Positions 46,901 through 60,063 of a stretch of 64,000 bases of DNA are shown one piece after another; position 1 is the first letter of the stretch, and every line of letters starts with the position of its first letter. Made by a program: the position numbers and the translations under genes. Origin of the DNA: Eledone cirrhosa (lineage: Eukaryota). The notes under the pieces were generated by a model. The model saw nothing but the letters and a program-made list of their open reading frames with translations, was not told the DNA's origin and did not search any database. The stretch is from the NCBI GenBank assembly GCA_964016885.1, contig OZ024743.1, positions 75,888,001 through 75,952,000 on the forward strand. Direction: 5' to 3'.

Positions 46901-49900
46901 TTTATTATATATAGCTAGTGCGGTCTATTGCATTATATATAGCTGGTGAGGTCTATTGTATTATATATAGCTAGTGAGGTCTATTGTATTATATATAGCT
47001 GGTGAGGTCTATTGTATTATATATAGCTGGTGAGGTCTATTGTATTATATATATAGCTAGTGTGGTCTATTGTATTATATATAGCTAGTGATGACTATTG
47101 TATTATATATAGCTAGTGAGGTCTATTGTATTTTATATAGCTGGGGCGGTCTATTGAATTATATATAGCTAGTGATGACTATTGTATTATATATAGCTAG
47201 TGAGGTCTATTGTATTTTATATAGCTGGTGCGGTCTATTGTATTATATATAGTTAGGTGAGGTCTATTGTATCATATATAGCTAGTGAAGTCTACTGTAT
47301 TATATATAGCTAGTGAGGTCTATTGTATTATATATAGCTAGTGAGGTCTATTGTATTATATATAGCTGGTGAGGTCTATTGTATTATATATAGCTGGTGA
47401 GACCTATTCTATTATATATAGCTAGTGAGGTCTATTGTATTATATATAGCTAGTGAGGTCTATTGTATTATATATAGCTGGTGAGCTCTATTGTATTATA
47501 TATAGCTAGAGAGGTCAATTGTATTATATATAGCTGGTGAAGTCTATTATATTATATATAGCTCGTGAAGTCTATTGTATTATATATAGCTAGTGATGTC
47601 TATTGTATTATATATAGCTAGTGATGTCTATTGTATTATATATAACTGGTGAGGTCTATTGTATTATATATAGCTGGTGAGGTCTATTGTATTATATATA
47701 GCTGTTGAGGTCTATTGTATTATATATAGCTGGTAAGGTCTATTGTATTATATATAGCTGGTAAGGTCTATTGTATTATATATAGCTAGTGAGGTCTATT
47801 GTATTATATATAGCTGGTGAGGTCTATTGTATTATATATAGCTAGTGAGCTCTATTGTATTATATATACCTAGTGATGTATATTGTATTATATATAGCTG
47901 GTGAGGTCTATTGTATTATATATAGCTGGTGAGGTCTATTGTATTATATATAGCTAGTGAGGTCTATTGGATTATATATAGCTGGTGAGGTCTATTGTAT
48001 TATATATAGCTAGTGAGGTCTATTGTATTATATAAAGCCAGTGAGGTCTATTTTATTACATATAGCTAGTGAGGTCTATTGTATTATATATAGCTGGTGA
48101 GGTCTATTGTATTATATACAGCTAGTGAGGTCTATTGTATTATATATAGATAGTGATGTCTATTGTATTATATATAGCTGGTGCGGTCTATTGTATTATA
48201 TATAGCTGGTGAGGTCTATTGTATTATATATAGCTGGTGCGGTCTATTGTATTATATATAGCTGGTCAGGTCTATTGTATTATATATAGCTAGTGAGGTC
48301 TATTTTATTATATATAGCTAGTGAGGTCTATTGTATTATATATAGCTGGTGAGGTCTATTGTATTATATATAGCTGGTGAGCTCTATTGTATTATATATA
48401 GCTAGAGAGGTCTATTGTATTATATATAGCTGGTGAGGTCTATTTTATTATATATAGCTGGTGAAGTCTATTATATTATATATAGCTGGTGAAGTCTATT
48501 GTATTATATATAGCTAGTGATGTCTATTGTATTATATAGAGCTAGTGATGTCTATTGTATTATATATAACTGGTGAGGTCTATTGTATTATATATAACTA
48601 GTGAGGTCTATTGTATTATATATAGCTGGTGAGGTCTATTGTATTATATATAGCTGGTAAGGTCTATCGTATTATATATAGCTGGTAAGGTCTATTGTAT
48701 TATATATAGCTAGTGAGGTCTATTGTATTATATATAGCTGGTGAGGTCTATTGTATTATATATAGCTAGTGAGGTCTATTGTATTATATATAGCAAGTGA
48801 TGTATATTGTATTATATATAGCTGGTGAGGTCCATTTTATGATATATAGCTGTTGAGGTCTATTGTATTATATATATAGCTAGTGAGGTCTATTGTATTA
48901 TATATAGCTGTTGAGGTCTATTGTATTATATATAGCTGTTGAGGTCTATTGTATTATATATAGCTAGTGAGGTCTATTGTATTATATATAGCTAGTGATG
49001 TCTATTGTATTATATATAGCTGGTCAGGTCTATTGTATTATATATAGCTGGTGAAGTCTATTGTATTATATATAACTAGTGAGGTCTATTGTATTATATA
49101 TAGCTGGTGAGGTCTATTGTATTATATACAGCTAGTGAGGTCTATTGTATTATATACAGCTAGTGAGGTCTATTGTATTATATATAGCTAGAGAGGTCTA
49201 TTGTATTATATATAGCTGGTGACGTCTATTGTATTATATATAGCTAGTGAGGTCTATTGTATTATATATAGCTGGTGAGGTCTATTGTATTATATATAGC
49301 TGGTGAAGTCTATTGTATTATATATAGCTGGTGAGGTCTATTGTATTATATATAGCTAGTGAGGTCTATTGTATTATATAAAGCCAGTGAGGTCTATTTT
49401 ATTATATATAGCTAGTGAGGTCTATTGTATTATATATAGCTGGTGAGGTCTATTGTATTATATACAGCTAGTGAGGTCTATTGTATTATATATAGCTAGT
49501 GATGTCTATTGTATTATATATAGCTGGTGCGGTCTCTTGTATTATATATAGCTGGTGAGGTCTATTGTATTATATATAGCTGGTGCTGTCTATTGTATTA
49601 TATATAGCTGGTCAGGTCTATTGTATTATATATAGCTAGTGAGGTCTATTTTATTATATATAGCTAGTGCGGTCTATTGTATTATATATAGCTAGTGAGG
49701 TCTATTGTATTATATATAGCTGGTGAAGTCTATTGTATTATATATAACTAGTGAGGTCTATTGTATTATATATAGCTGGTGAGGTCTATTGTATTATATA
49801 CAGCTAGTGAGGTCTATTGTATTATATACAGCTGGTGAGGTCTATTGTATTATATATAGCTAGAGAGGTCTATTGTATTATATATAGCTGGTGAGGTCTA

Positions 49901-52900
49901 TTGTATTATATATAGCTAGTAAGGTCTATTGTATTATATATAGCTGGTGAGGTCTATTGTATTATATATAGCTGGTGAAGTCTATTGTATTATATATAGC
50001 TGGTGAGGTCTCTTGTATTATATATAGCTGGTGAGGTCTATTGTATTATATATAGCTAGTGAGGTCTATTGGATTATATATAGCTGGTGAGGTCTATTGT
50101 ATTATATATAGCTAGTGAGGTCTATTGTATTATATAAAGCCAGTGAGGTCTATTTTATTATATATAGCTAGTGAGGTCTATTGTATTATATATAGCTGGT
50201 GAGGTCTATTGTATTATATACAGCTAGTGAGGTCTATTGTATTATATATAGCTAGTGATGTCTATTGTATTATATATAGCTGGTGCGGTCTATTGTATTA
50301 TATATAGCTGGTGAGGTCTATTGTATTATATATAGCTGGTGTGGTCTATTGTATTATATATAGCTGGTCAGGTCTATTGTATTATATATAGCTAGTGAGG
50401 TCTATTTTATTATATATAGCTAGTGCGGTCTATTGTATTATATATAGCTGGTGAGGTCTATTGTATTATATATAGCTAGTGAGGTCTATTGTATTATATA
50501 TAGCTGGTGAGGTCTATTGTATTATATATAGCTGGTGAGGTCTATTGTATTATATATATAGCTAGTGTGGTCTATTGTATTATATATAGCTAGTGATGAC
50601 TATTGTATTATATATAGCTAGTGAGGTCTATTGTATTTTATATAGCTGGGGCGGTCTATTGAATTATATATAGCTAGTGATGACTATTGTATTATATATA
50701 GCTAGTGAGGTCTATTGTATTTTATATAGCTGGTGCGGTCTATTGTATTATATATAGTTAGGTGAGGTCTATTGTATCATATATAGCTAGTGAGGTCTAC
50801 TGTATTATATATAGCTAGTGAGGTCTATTGTATTATATATAGCTAGTGAGGTCTATTGTATTATATATAGCTGGTGAGGTCTATTTTATTATATATAGCT
50901 GGTGAGACCTATCGTATTATATATAGCTAGTGAGGTCTATTGTATTATATATAGCTAGTGAGGTCTATTGTATTATATATAGCTGGTGAGCTCTATTGTA
51001 TTATATATAGCTAGAGAGGTCAATTGTATCATATATAGCTGGTGAAGTCTATTATATTATATATAGCTCGTGAAGTCTATTGTATTATATATAGCTAGTG
51101 ATGTCTATTGTATTATATATAGCTAGTGATGTCTATTGTATTATATATAACTGGTGAGGTCTATTGTATTATATATAGCTGGTGAGGTCTATTGTATTAT
51201 ATATAGCTGGTGAGGTCTATTGTATTATATATAGCTGGTAAGGTCTATTGTATTATATATAGCTGGTAAGGTCTATTGTATTATATATAGCTAGTGAGGT
51301 CTATTGTATTATATATAGCTGGTGAGGTCTATTGTATTATATATAGCTAGTGAGCTCTATTGTATTATATATAGCTAGTGATGTATATTGTATTATATAT
51401 AGCTGGTGAGGTCTATTGTATTATATATAGCTGGTGAGGTCTATTGTATTATATATAGCTGGTGAGGTCTATTGTATTATATATAGCTGGTGAGGTCTAT
51501 TGTATTATATATAGCTGGTAAGGTCTATTGTATTATATATAGCTGGTGAGGTCTATTGTATGATATATAGCTGGTGAGGTCTATTGTATTATATATATAG
51601 CTAGTGAGGTCTATTGTATTATATATAGCTGTTGAGGTCTATCGTATTATATATAGCTGTTGAGGTCTATTGTATTATATATAGCTAGTGAGGTCTATTG
51701 TATTATATATAGCTAGTGATGTCTATTGTATTATATATAGTTGGTGCGGTCTATTGTATTATATATAACTGGTGAGGTCTATTGTATTATATATTGCTGG
51801 TGAGGTCTATTGTATTATATATAACTGGTGAGGTCTATTGTATTATATATAGCTAGTGAGGTCTATTGTATTATATATAGCTAGTGAGGTCTATTGTATT
51901 ATATATAGCTGCTGCGGTCTATTCTATTATATATAACTGGTGAGGTCTATTGTATTATATATAGCTAGTGAGGTCTATTGTATTATATATAGCTGGTGAT
52001 GTCTATTGTATTATATATAGCTGGTGAGCTCTATTGTATTATATATAGCTGGTGAGGTCTATTGTTTTATATATCGCTGGTGAAGTCTATTGTATTATAT
52101 ATAGCTGGTGAGGTCTATTGTATTATATATGGCTAGTGAAGTCTATTGTATTATATATAGCTAGTGAGGTCTATTGTATTATATATAGCTGGTGAGGTCT
52201 ATTGTATTATATATAGCTGGTGAAGTCTATTGTATTATATATAGCTGGTGAGGTCTATTGGATTTTATATAGCTGGTGAGGTCTATTGTATTATATATAG
52301 CCAGTGAGGGCTATAGTATTATATATAGCTGGTGAGGTCTATTGTATTATATATAGCTAGTGAGGGCTACTGTATTATATATGGCTAGTCATGTCTTTTG
52401 TATTATATATAGCTAGTGAGGTCTATTGTATTATATAAAGCTAGTGAGGTCTATTTTATTATATATAGCTAGTGATGCCTATTGTATTATATATAGCTAG
52501 TGAGATCTATTGTATTATATATAGCTGGTGAGCTCTATTGTATTATATATAGCTAGAGAGGGCTATTGTATTATATATAGCTGGTGAGGTCTATTGTATT
52601 ATATATAGCTAGTGAGGTCTATTGTATTATATATAGCTGGTGAGGTCTATTTTATTATATATAGCTAGTGAGGTCTATTGTATTATACATAGCTAGTGAG
52701 GTCTATTGTATTATATATAGCTAGAGAGGTCTATTGTAATATATATAGCTAGTGATGTCTATTGTATTATATATAGCTGGTGAGGTCTATTGTATTATAT
52801 ATAGCTAGTGAGGTCTATTGTATTATATATAGCTGGTGAGGTCTATTGTATTATATATAGCTGGTGAGCTCTATTGTATTATATATAGCTAGAGAGGTCT

Positions 52901-55900
52901 ATTGTATTATATATAGCTAGTGAGGTCTATTGTATTATATATAGCTGGTGAGGTGTATTGTATTATATATAGCTAGTGAGGTCTATTGTATTATATATAG
53001 CTGGTGAGCTCTATTGTATTATATATAGCTAGAGAGGTCTATTATATTATATATAGCTAGTGATGTCTATTGTATTATATATAGCTGGTGAGGTCTATTG
53101 TATTATATATAACTAGTGAGGTCTATTGTATTATATATAGCTGGTGAGGTCTATTGTATTATATATAACTAGTGAGGTCTATTGTATTATATATAGCTGG
53201 TAAGGTCTATTGTATTTTATATAGCTTGTGATGTCTATTGTATTATATATAGCTGGTGAGGTCTATTGTATGATATATAGCTGGTGAGGTCTATTGTATT
53301 ATATATAGCTAGTGAGGTCTATTGTATTATATATAGCTGGTGAGGTCTATTGTATTATATATAGCTAGTGAGGTCTATTGTATTATATATAGCTAGTGAG
53401 GACTATTGTATTATATATAGCTGTTGAGTTCTATTGTATTATATATAGCTGGTGAGGTCTATTGTATTATATATAGCTAGTGAGGTCTATTGTATTATAT
53501 ATAGCTAGTGATGTCTATTGTATTATATATAGCTGGTGCGGTCTATTGTATTATATATAGCTGGTGAGTTCTATTGTATTATATATAGCTGGTGCGGTCT
53601 ATTGTATTATATATAGCTGGTCAGGTCTATTGTATTATATATATAGCTAGTGATGTCTATTGTATTATATATAGCTGGTGAGGTCTATTGTATTATATAT
53701 AGCTAGTGATGTCTATTGTATTATATATAGCTAGTGATGTCTATTGTATTATATATAGCTGGTGAGGTCTATTGTATTATATATAGCTGGTGAGGTCTAT
53801 TGTATTATATATAGCTAGTGAGGTCTATTGTATTATATATAGCTAGTGAGGTCTATTGTATTATATATAGCTGGTGAGGTTTATTGTATTATATATAGCT
53901 GGTGAGGTTTATTGTACTATATATAGCTAGTGAGGTCTATTGTATTATATATAGCTGGTGAGGTCTATTTTATTATATATAGCTGGTGAGGTCTATTGTA
54001 TTATATATAGCTAGTGAGGTCTTTTGTATTATACATAGCTGGTGAGGTCTATTGTATTATATATAGCTTGTGAGGTCTATTGCATTATATATAGCTAGTG
54101 AAGTCTATTGTATTATATATAGCTGGTGAGGTTTATCGTATTATATATAGCTAGTGAGGTCTATTGTATTATATATAGCTAGTGAGGTCTATTGTATTAT
54201 ATATAGCTAGTGAGGTCTATTGTATTATATATAGCTGGTGAGGTCTATTGTATTATATATAGCTGGTGAGGTCTATTCTATTATATATATAGCTAGTGAG
54301 GTCTATTGTATTATATATAGCTGTTTAGGTCTATTGTATTATATATAGCTAGTGAGGTCTATTGTATTATATATAGCTGTTGAGGTCTATTGTATTATAT
54401 ATAGCTAGTGAGGTCTATTGTATTATATATAGCTAGTGCGGTCTATTGTATTATATATAGCTGGTGAGGTCCATTGTATTATATATATAGCCAGTGAGGT
54501 CTATTGTATTATATATAGCTGGTGAGGTCTATTGTATTATATATAGCTAGTGATGTCTATTGTATTATATATATAGCTAGTGAGGTCTATTGTATTATAT
54601 ATAGCTGGTGAGGTCTATTGTATTATATATAGCTGGTGAGGTCTATTGTATTATATATAGCTGGTGAGGTCTATTGTATTATATATAGCTAGTGATGTCT
54701 ATTGTATTATATATATAGCTAGTGAGGTCTATTGTATTATATATATAGCCAGTGAGGTCTATTGTATTATATATAGCTGGTGAGGTCTATTGTATTATAT
54801 ATAGCTAGTGATGTCTATTGTATTATATATATAGCTAGTGAGGTCTATTGTATTATATATAGCTGGTGAGGTCTATTGTATTATATATAGCTGGTGAGGT
54901 CTATTGTATTATATATAGCTGGTGAGGTCTATTGTATTATATATAGCTAGTGATGTCTATTGTATTATATATATAGCTAGTGAGGTCTATTGTATTATAT
55001 ATAGCTAGTGAGGTCTATTGTATTATATATAGCTGGTGAGGTCTATTGTATTATATATAGCTGGTGAGGTCTATTGTATTATATATATAGCTAGTGAGGT
55101 CTATTGTATTATATATAGCTGGTGAGGTCTATTGTATTATATATAGCTAGTGAGGTCTATTGTATTATATATAGCTAGTGCGGTCTATTGTATTTTATAT
55201 AGCTTGTGAGGTCTATTGTATTATATATAGCTGGTGAGGTCTATTTTATGATATATAACTGGTGAGGTCTATTGTATTATATATAGCTGGTGAAGTCTAT
55301 TGTATTATATATAGCTAGTGAGGTCTATTGTATTATATATAGCTAGTGCGGTCTATTGTATTATATATAGCAGGTGAGCTCTATTGTATTATATATAGCT
55401 AGTGATGTCTATTGTATTATATATAGCTGGTGAGGTCTATTGTATTATATATAGCTAGTGATGACTATTGTATTATATAATTTCGGAGGTCTAATGTATT
55501 ATATATAGCTGGTGAGGTCTATTGTTTTATATATGGTTGGTGAGGTCTATTGTATTATATATAGCTAGTGAGGTCTATTGTATTATATATAGCTGGTGAG
55601 GTCTATTGTATTATATATAGCTAGTCATGTCTATTGTATTATATATAACTGCTGAGGTCTATTGTATTATATATAGCTGGTCTATTGTATTAGAAATAGC
55701 TGGTGAGGTCTATCGTATTATATATAGCTGGTGAAGTCTATTGTATTATATATAGCTAGTGAGGTCTATTGTATTATATATAGCTGGTAAAGTCTATTGT
55801 ACTATATATAGCTAGTGAGGTCTATTGTATTATATATAGCTAGTGAGGTCTATTGTATTATATATAACTGGTGAGGTCTATTGTATTATATATAACTGGT

Positions 55901-56408
55901 GAGGTCTATCGAATTATATATAGCTGGTGAGGTCTATTGTATTATATATAGCTAGTGAGGTCTATTGTATTATATATAACTAGTGCGGTCTATTGTATTA
56001 TTTTTAACTGGTGAGGTCTATCGAATTATATATAGCTGGTGAGGTCTATTGTATTATATATAGCTAGTGAGGTCTATTGTATTATATATAACTGGTGAGG
56101 TCTATTGTATTATATATAACTGGTGAGGACTATCGAATTATATATAGCTGGTGAGGTCTATCGTATTATATATAACTAGTGAGGTCTATTGTATTATATA
56201 TAGCTAGTGAAGTCTATTGTATTATATATACCTGGTGAGTTCCATTGTATTATATATACCTGGTGAGGTCTATTGTATTATATATAGCTGTTGAGGTGTA
56301 ATGTATTATATATAGCTGGTGAGGTCTATTTTATTATATATATCTAGTGATGTCTCATGTATTATATATAGCTGGTGAGGTCTATTGCATTATATATAGC
56401 TGGTGAGG

Positions 56409-56782
56409 CTGCCATACAGCTCTGAGGTTTTCATCCTCAGTGTATACTGATTAATTTTCACAACCATCCTCAGCATTCTCGTGTAGCACCCATCCACCAT
56501 CTGAGTGAGATTCTTGGTCAGTGACCATGTCTCACACCCGTACAGAAGCACAGACTCCACTACACCAATGAAGAGGCGGACTTTCAGGTCTTTCCGAAGG
56601 TCCGACTTCCACACCGATCTCAAGCTGTGCAACGCCGCCTTGGCTTTGCTCTTCCTCTCAACCACATATTCCGTATTCCCAATCTTTGCTCCTAAATACA
56701 GGAAGTCCTCAACTAATTCTAGCGGCTTCCCGCCTACATTAATGATTCCATCTGGCTTCTCAACATTCTCTACCAGATATTT
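56409..56782 (-). pseudogene. Inverted fragment of LINE ORF: end of reverse transcriptase domain and thumb region
   Basis: The reading frame extends upstream of the listed ORF: KYLVENVEKPDGIINVGGKPLELVEDFLYLGAKIG...KVRLFIGVVESVLLYGCETWSLTK...DGCYTRMLR...ELYGS. FxYLG and LLYGCETW are typical non-LTR/RTE RT motifs. No stop codons seen. Confidence 0.92.
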
Positions 56783-57045
56783 TAAAAGTCAGCTCAAATT
56801 TGACACAGAGGAGACTGAGGTTAGCTGGACATGCTCACCGGCATCCAGAGTTGACATTGCACTCAGTGCTACTGTGGGAGCCCCTACATGGACACACTGG
56901 AAGAGGAAGACCAAGGTTAACGTATGTTGATGCCCTAAGGACAGACACTGGTCTGATGGAGACGCAGGACATGGCAACGATAATGAGGGACAGAGACCGC
57001 TGGAGAGAATTCGTCCATGGATCTCAGGAATTTTACCCGCCCTAG
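56782..57045 (+). pseudogene. Sense C-terminal fragment of the same LINE ORF
   Basis: LKVSSNLTQRRLRLAGHAHRHPEL...LLWEP...GRGRPRLTYVDAL...DRDRWREFV...stop; the RRLRxxGH, RGRP and DRxxWR motifs are typical of the RTE-clade C-terminus. Confidence 0.92.
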
Positions 57046-57049
57046 ATAG

Positions 57050-59340
57050 ATAGCTGGTGAGGATTATTGTATTATATAAAGCTAGTGAGGTCTATGGTAT
57101 TATATATAGCTAGTGAGGTCTATTGTATTATATAGCTAGTGAGGTCTATTGTATTATATATAGCTGGTGAGGTCTATTGTATTATATATAGCTAGTGAGC
57201 TCTATTGTATTATATATAGCTGGTGAGGTCTATTGTATTATATATAGCTAGTGAGGTCTATTGTATTATATATAGCTAGTGATGTCTATTGTATTATATA
57301 TAGCTGGTAAGGTCTATTGTATTATATATACCTAGTGAGGTCTATTGTATTATATATAGCTAGTGAGGTCTATTGTATTATGTATAGCTGGGGAGGTCTA
57401 TTGTATTATATATAGCTAGTGAAGTCTATTGTATTATATATAGCTGATGACGTCTACTTTATTATATATAGCTAGAGAGGTCTATTGCATTATATATAGC
57501 TAGTGAGCTCTATTGTATTATATATAGCTGGTGAGTCTATTGTATTATATATAGCTGGTGAGGTCTATTGTATTATATATAGCTGGTGAGGTCTATTGTA
57601 TTATATATAGCTGGTGAAGTCTATTGTATTATATATAGCTGGTGAAGTCTATTGTATTATATATAGTTGGTGAGGTCTATTGTATTATATATAGCTGGTG
57701 AAGTCTATTGTATTATATATAGCTGGTGAGGTCTATTGTATTATATATAGTTAGTGAGGTCTATTGTATTATATATAGCTGGTGAGGTCTATTGTATTAT
57801 ATATAGCAGGTGAGCTCTATTGTATTATATATAGCTAGTGAGGTCTATTGTATTATATATAGCTGGTGAGGTCTATTGTATTATATATAGCTGGTGATGT
57901 CTATTGTATTATATATAGCTGGTGAGGTCTATTGTATTATATATAGCTGGTGAGGTCTATTGTATTATATATAGCTAGTGAAGTCTATTGTATTATATAT
58001 AGCTGGTGAAGTCTATTGTATTATATATTTCTGGTGAAGTTTATTGTATTATATATAGCTAGTGAGGTCTATTGTATTATATATAGCTGGTGAGGTCTAT
58101 TGTATTATATATAGCAGGTGAAGTCTATTGTATTATATATACCAGGTGAGCTCTATTGTATTATATATATAGCTGGTGAGGTCTATTGTATTATATATAG
58201 CTAGTGAAGTCTATTGTTTTATATATAGCTGGTGAGGTCTATTGTATTATATATAGCTGGTGAGCTCTATTGTATTATATATAGCTAGTGAGCTCTATTG
58301 TATTATATATAGCTGGTGAGGTCTATTGTATTATATATATAGCTAGTGAGGTCTATTGTATTATATATAGCTGGTGAGGTCTATTGTATTATATATATAG
58401 CTAGTGAGGTCTATTGTATTATATATAGCTGGTGAGGTCTATTGTATTATATATATAGCTAGTGAGGTCTATTGTATTATATAAAGCTAGTGAGGTCTAT
58501 TGTATTATATATAGCTGGTGAGCTCTATTGTATTATATATAGCTAGTGAGCTCTATTGTATTATATATAGCTGGTGAGGTCTATTGTATTATATATATAG
58601 CTAGTGAGGTCTATTGTATTATATATAGCTAGTGAGGTCTATTGTATTATATATAGCTGGTGAGGTCTATTGTATTATATATAGCTAGTGAGGTCTATTG
58701 TATTATATATAGCTAGTGAGGTCTATTGTATTATTTATAACTGGCGAAGTCTATTGTAATATATATAGCTGGTGAGGTATATTCTATTATATATAACTAG
58801 TCTATTGTATTATATATAGCTAGTGAGGTGTATTGTATTATATATAGCTAGTGAGGTCTATTGTATTATATATAGCTAGTGAGGTATATTGTATTATATT
58901 TAGCTAGTGAAGTCTATTGTATTATTTATAACTGGCGAAGTCTATTGTAATATATATAGCTGGTGAGGTATATTCTATTATATATAACTAGTCTATTGTA
59001 TTATATATAGCTAGTGAGGTCTATTGTATTATATATAGCTAGTGAGGTCTATTGTATTATATATAGCTAGTGAGGTATATTGTATTATATTTAGCTAGTG
59101 AAGTCTATTGTATTATTTATAACTGGCGAAGTCTATTGTAATATATATAGCTGGTGAGGTATATTCTATTATATATAACTAGTCTATTGTATTATATATA
59201 GCTAGTGAGGTCTATTATATTATATATAACTGGTCTATTGTATTATATATAGCTGATCTATTGTATTATATATAACTGGTCTATTTTATTATATATAACC
59301 GGTCTATTGTAGTATATATAGCTAGTGAGGTCTATTGTAT
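57050..59340. repeat. 28-bp satellite, terminal block (about 80 monomers, more diverged, with 30-bp and 23-bp variants)
   Basis: Same monomer resumes after the LINE and stops at ...GAGGTCTATTGTAT (59340). Confidence 0.98.
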
Positions 59341-59972
59341 GTTACATGTATCAGATGTGCTTCATTGCTAACAACCCACAACACCATGACACTTGCAGGA
59401 AATTTTGTGTGCATTAATATTGGAACCTCAGAAGGATCTCCGCATAGCCACCTGTCATTTCTTCTGTTAGTTTTCTGATCCTGGTCAAAGTTTTGCTTAT
59501 CTAAGAAAAACCAAATCACACCATCTCCTGATGGATTTTTAAGTTTGATCAAAAGTTTTTTGGATCTGATTAAACGGCTTGCTTTTGTTTTTTCTGACAT
59601 GAATTGACTTCTCCTCACCACGTAAGATTTGTATCTGATGTCTTCATGCACAACATTTCTGGTTGTTTTTTCTGACACACCAAAATCTTTTGCAATTGAC
59701 ATCATTGATTTTCCTGGATTGTCATCAATGTTTTGCATAACTTCCTGAATAAATTCAGGTTTCCGGATAGAATCAGAGCATTTGGAATGTTTTTTACGTT
59801 TTGATACAGGTAATACGCTTCCATCTTTTTTCTCTAACTCACACCGAATCTTGTGGACAAAAGATCTTGCAACTTTCAGAAAACTAGAAATTTTTAAACA
59901 CCCATGCTTAGCTTTCAAAGCCACAGTCACAACATGCCTTTTCATTTCATTAGTGAGCATAGTTATTTTCAT
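59322..59972 (-). pseudogene. Truncated Tc1/mariner-superfamily transposase (N-terminal HTH regions plus first catalytic Asp region)
   Basis: NPGKSMMSIAKDFGVSEKT (HTH-like), WFFLDKQNF (degenerate FSDEKxF), NRRNDRW and KFPASVMVLWVVSNE resemble maT/Bmmar1-type DD37D transposases; homology stops before the 2nd and 3rd catalytic residues; the last codons and the stop come from the satellite. Confidence 0.88.
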
Positions 59973-60063
59973 TGTTATTTTCTGAAATAGAAGTTCAATA
60001 AAAATTAGTCAAATAAAATAATGACTAGAAATGCATGTGTCCTCAAATACCGCCCGCACCCTG
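59341..60063 (-). mobile_element. Tc1/mariner DNA transposon (maT/DD37D-like), 5' half only
   Basis: Minus strand begins TA|CAGGGTGCGGGCGGTATTTGAGGACAC (TA at 60064-60065), a mariner-type TIR start about 90 bp upstream of the transposase ORF; the 3' part and second TIR are absent because the satellite follows. Confidence 0.85.

Larger units (their letters stand above)
1..56408. repeat. 28-bp satellite DNA array, main block (continues beyond window start); consensus GCTRGTGAGGTCTATTGTATTATATATA
   Basis: Head-to-tail monomers with period 28 (e.g. units start at 931 and 959); about 2,000 copies by length; point variants plus occasional 23-, 29- and 30-bp indel monomers; no inversion seen. Confidence 0.99.
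56409..57049 (+). mobile_element. 5'-truncated, 5'-inverted non-LTR retrotransposon (RTE-clade LINE) inserted in the satellite
   Basis: 641 bp of non-satellite sequence flanked by direct ATAGCTGGTGAGG (56396-56408 and 57050-57062); left part encodes the RT C-terminus on the minus strand, right part encodes the following C-terminal region on the plus strand; ends in TAGATAGATAG directly at the stop codon. Confidence 0.92.

Noticed and set aside
55478-55497. Possible small insertion in the satellite (TTTCGGAGGTCTAATG)
   Set aside because: Array phase is essentially kept; best read as one heavily mutated monomer in the diverged edge.
1-56400. Coding or information-storing role of the satellite
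   Set aside because: The 28-nt unit cycles stop codons through all frames and the ORF track is empty here; variant order is explained by duplication history.
56505-56930. 141-aa plus-strand ORF
   Set aside because: Antisense/out-of-frame shadow of the LINE fragments that crosses the inversion junction; no recognisable motifs.
56789-56977. 62-aa minus-strand ORF
   Set aside because: Antisense to the recognisable LINE C-terminal frame.
1-59340. CRISPR array (repeat length of 28 bp is in range)
   Set aside because: Monomers are contiguous with no unique spacers, no cas genes are present and the context is eukaryotic.
59782-59985. 67-aa plus-strand ORF
   Set aside because: Antisense shadow of the transposase.
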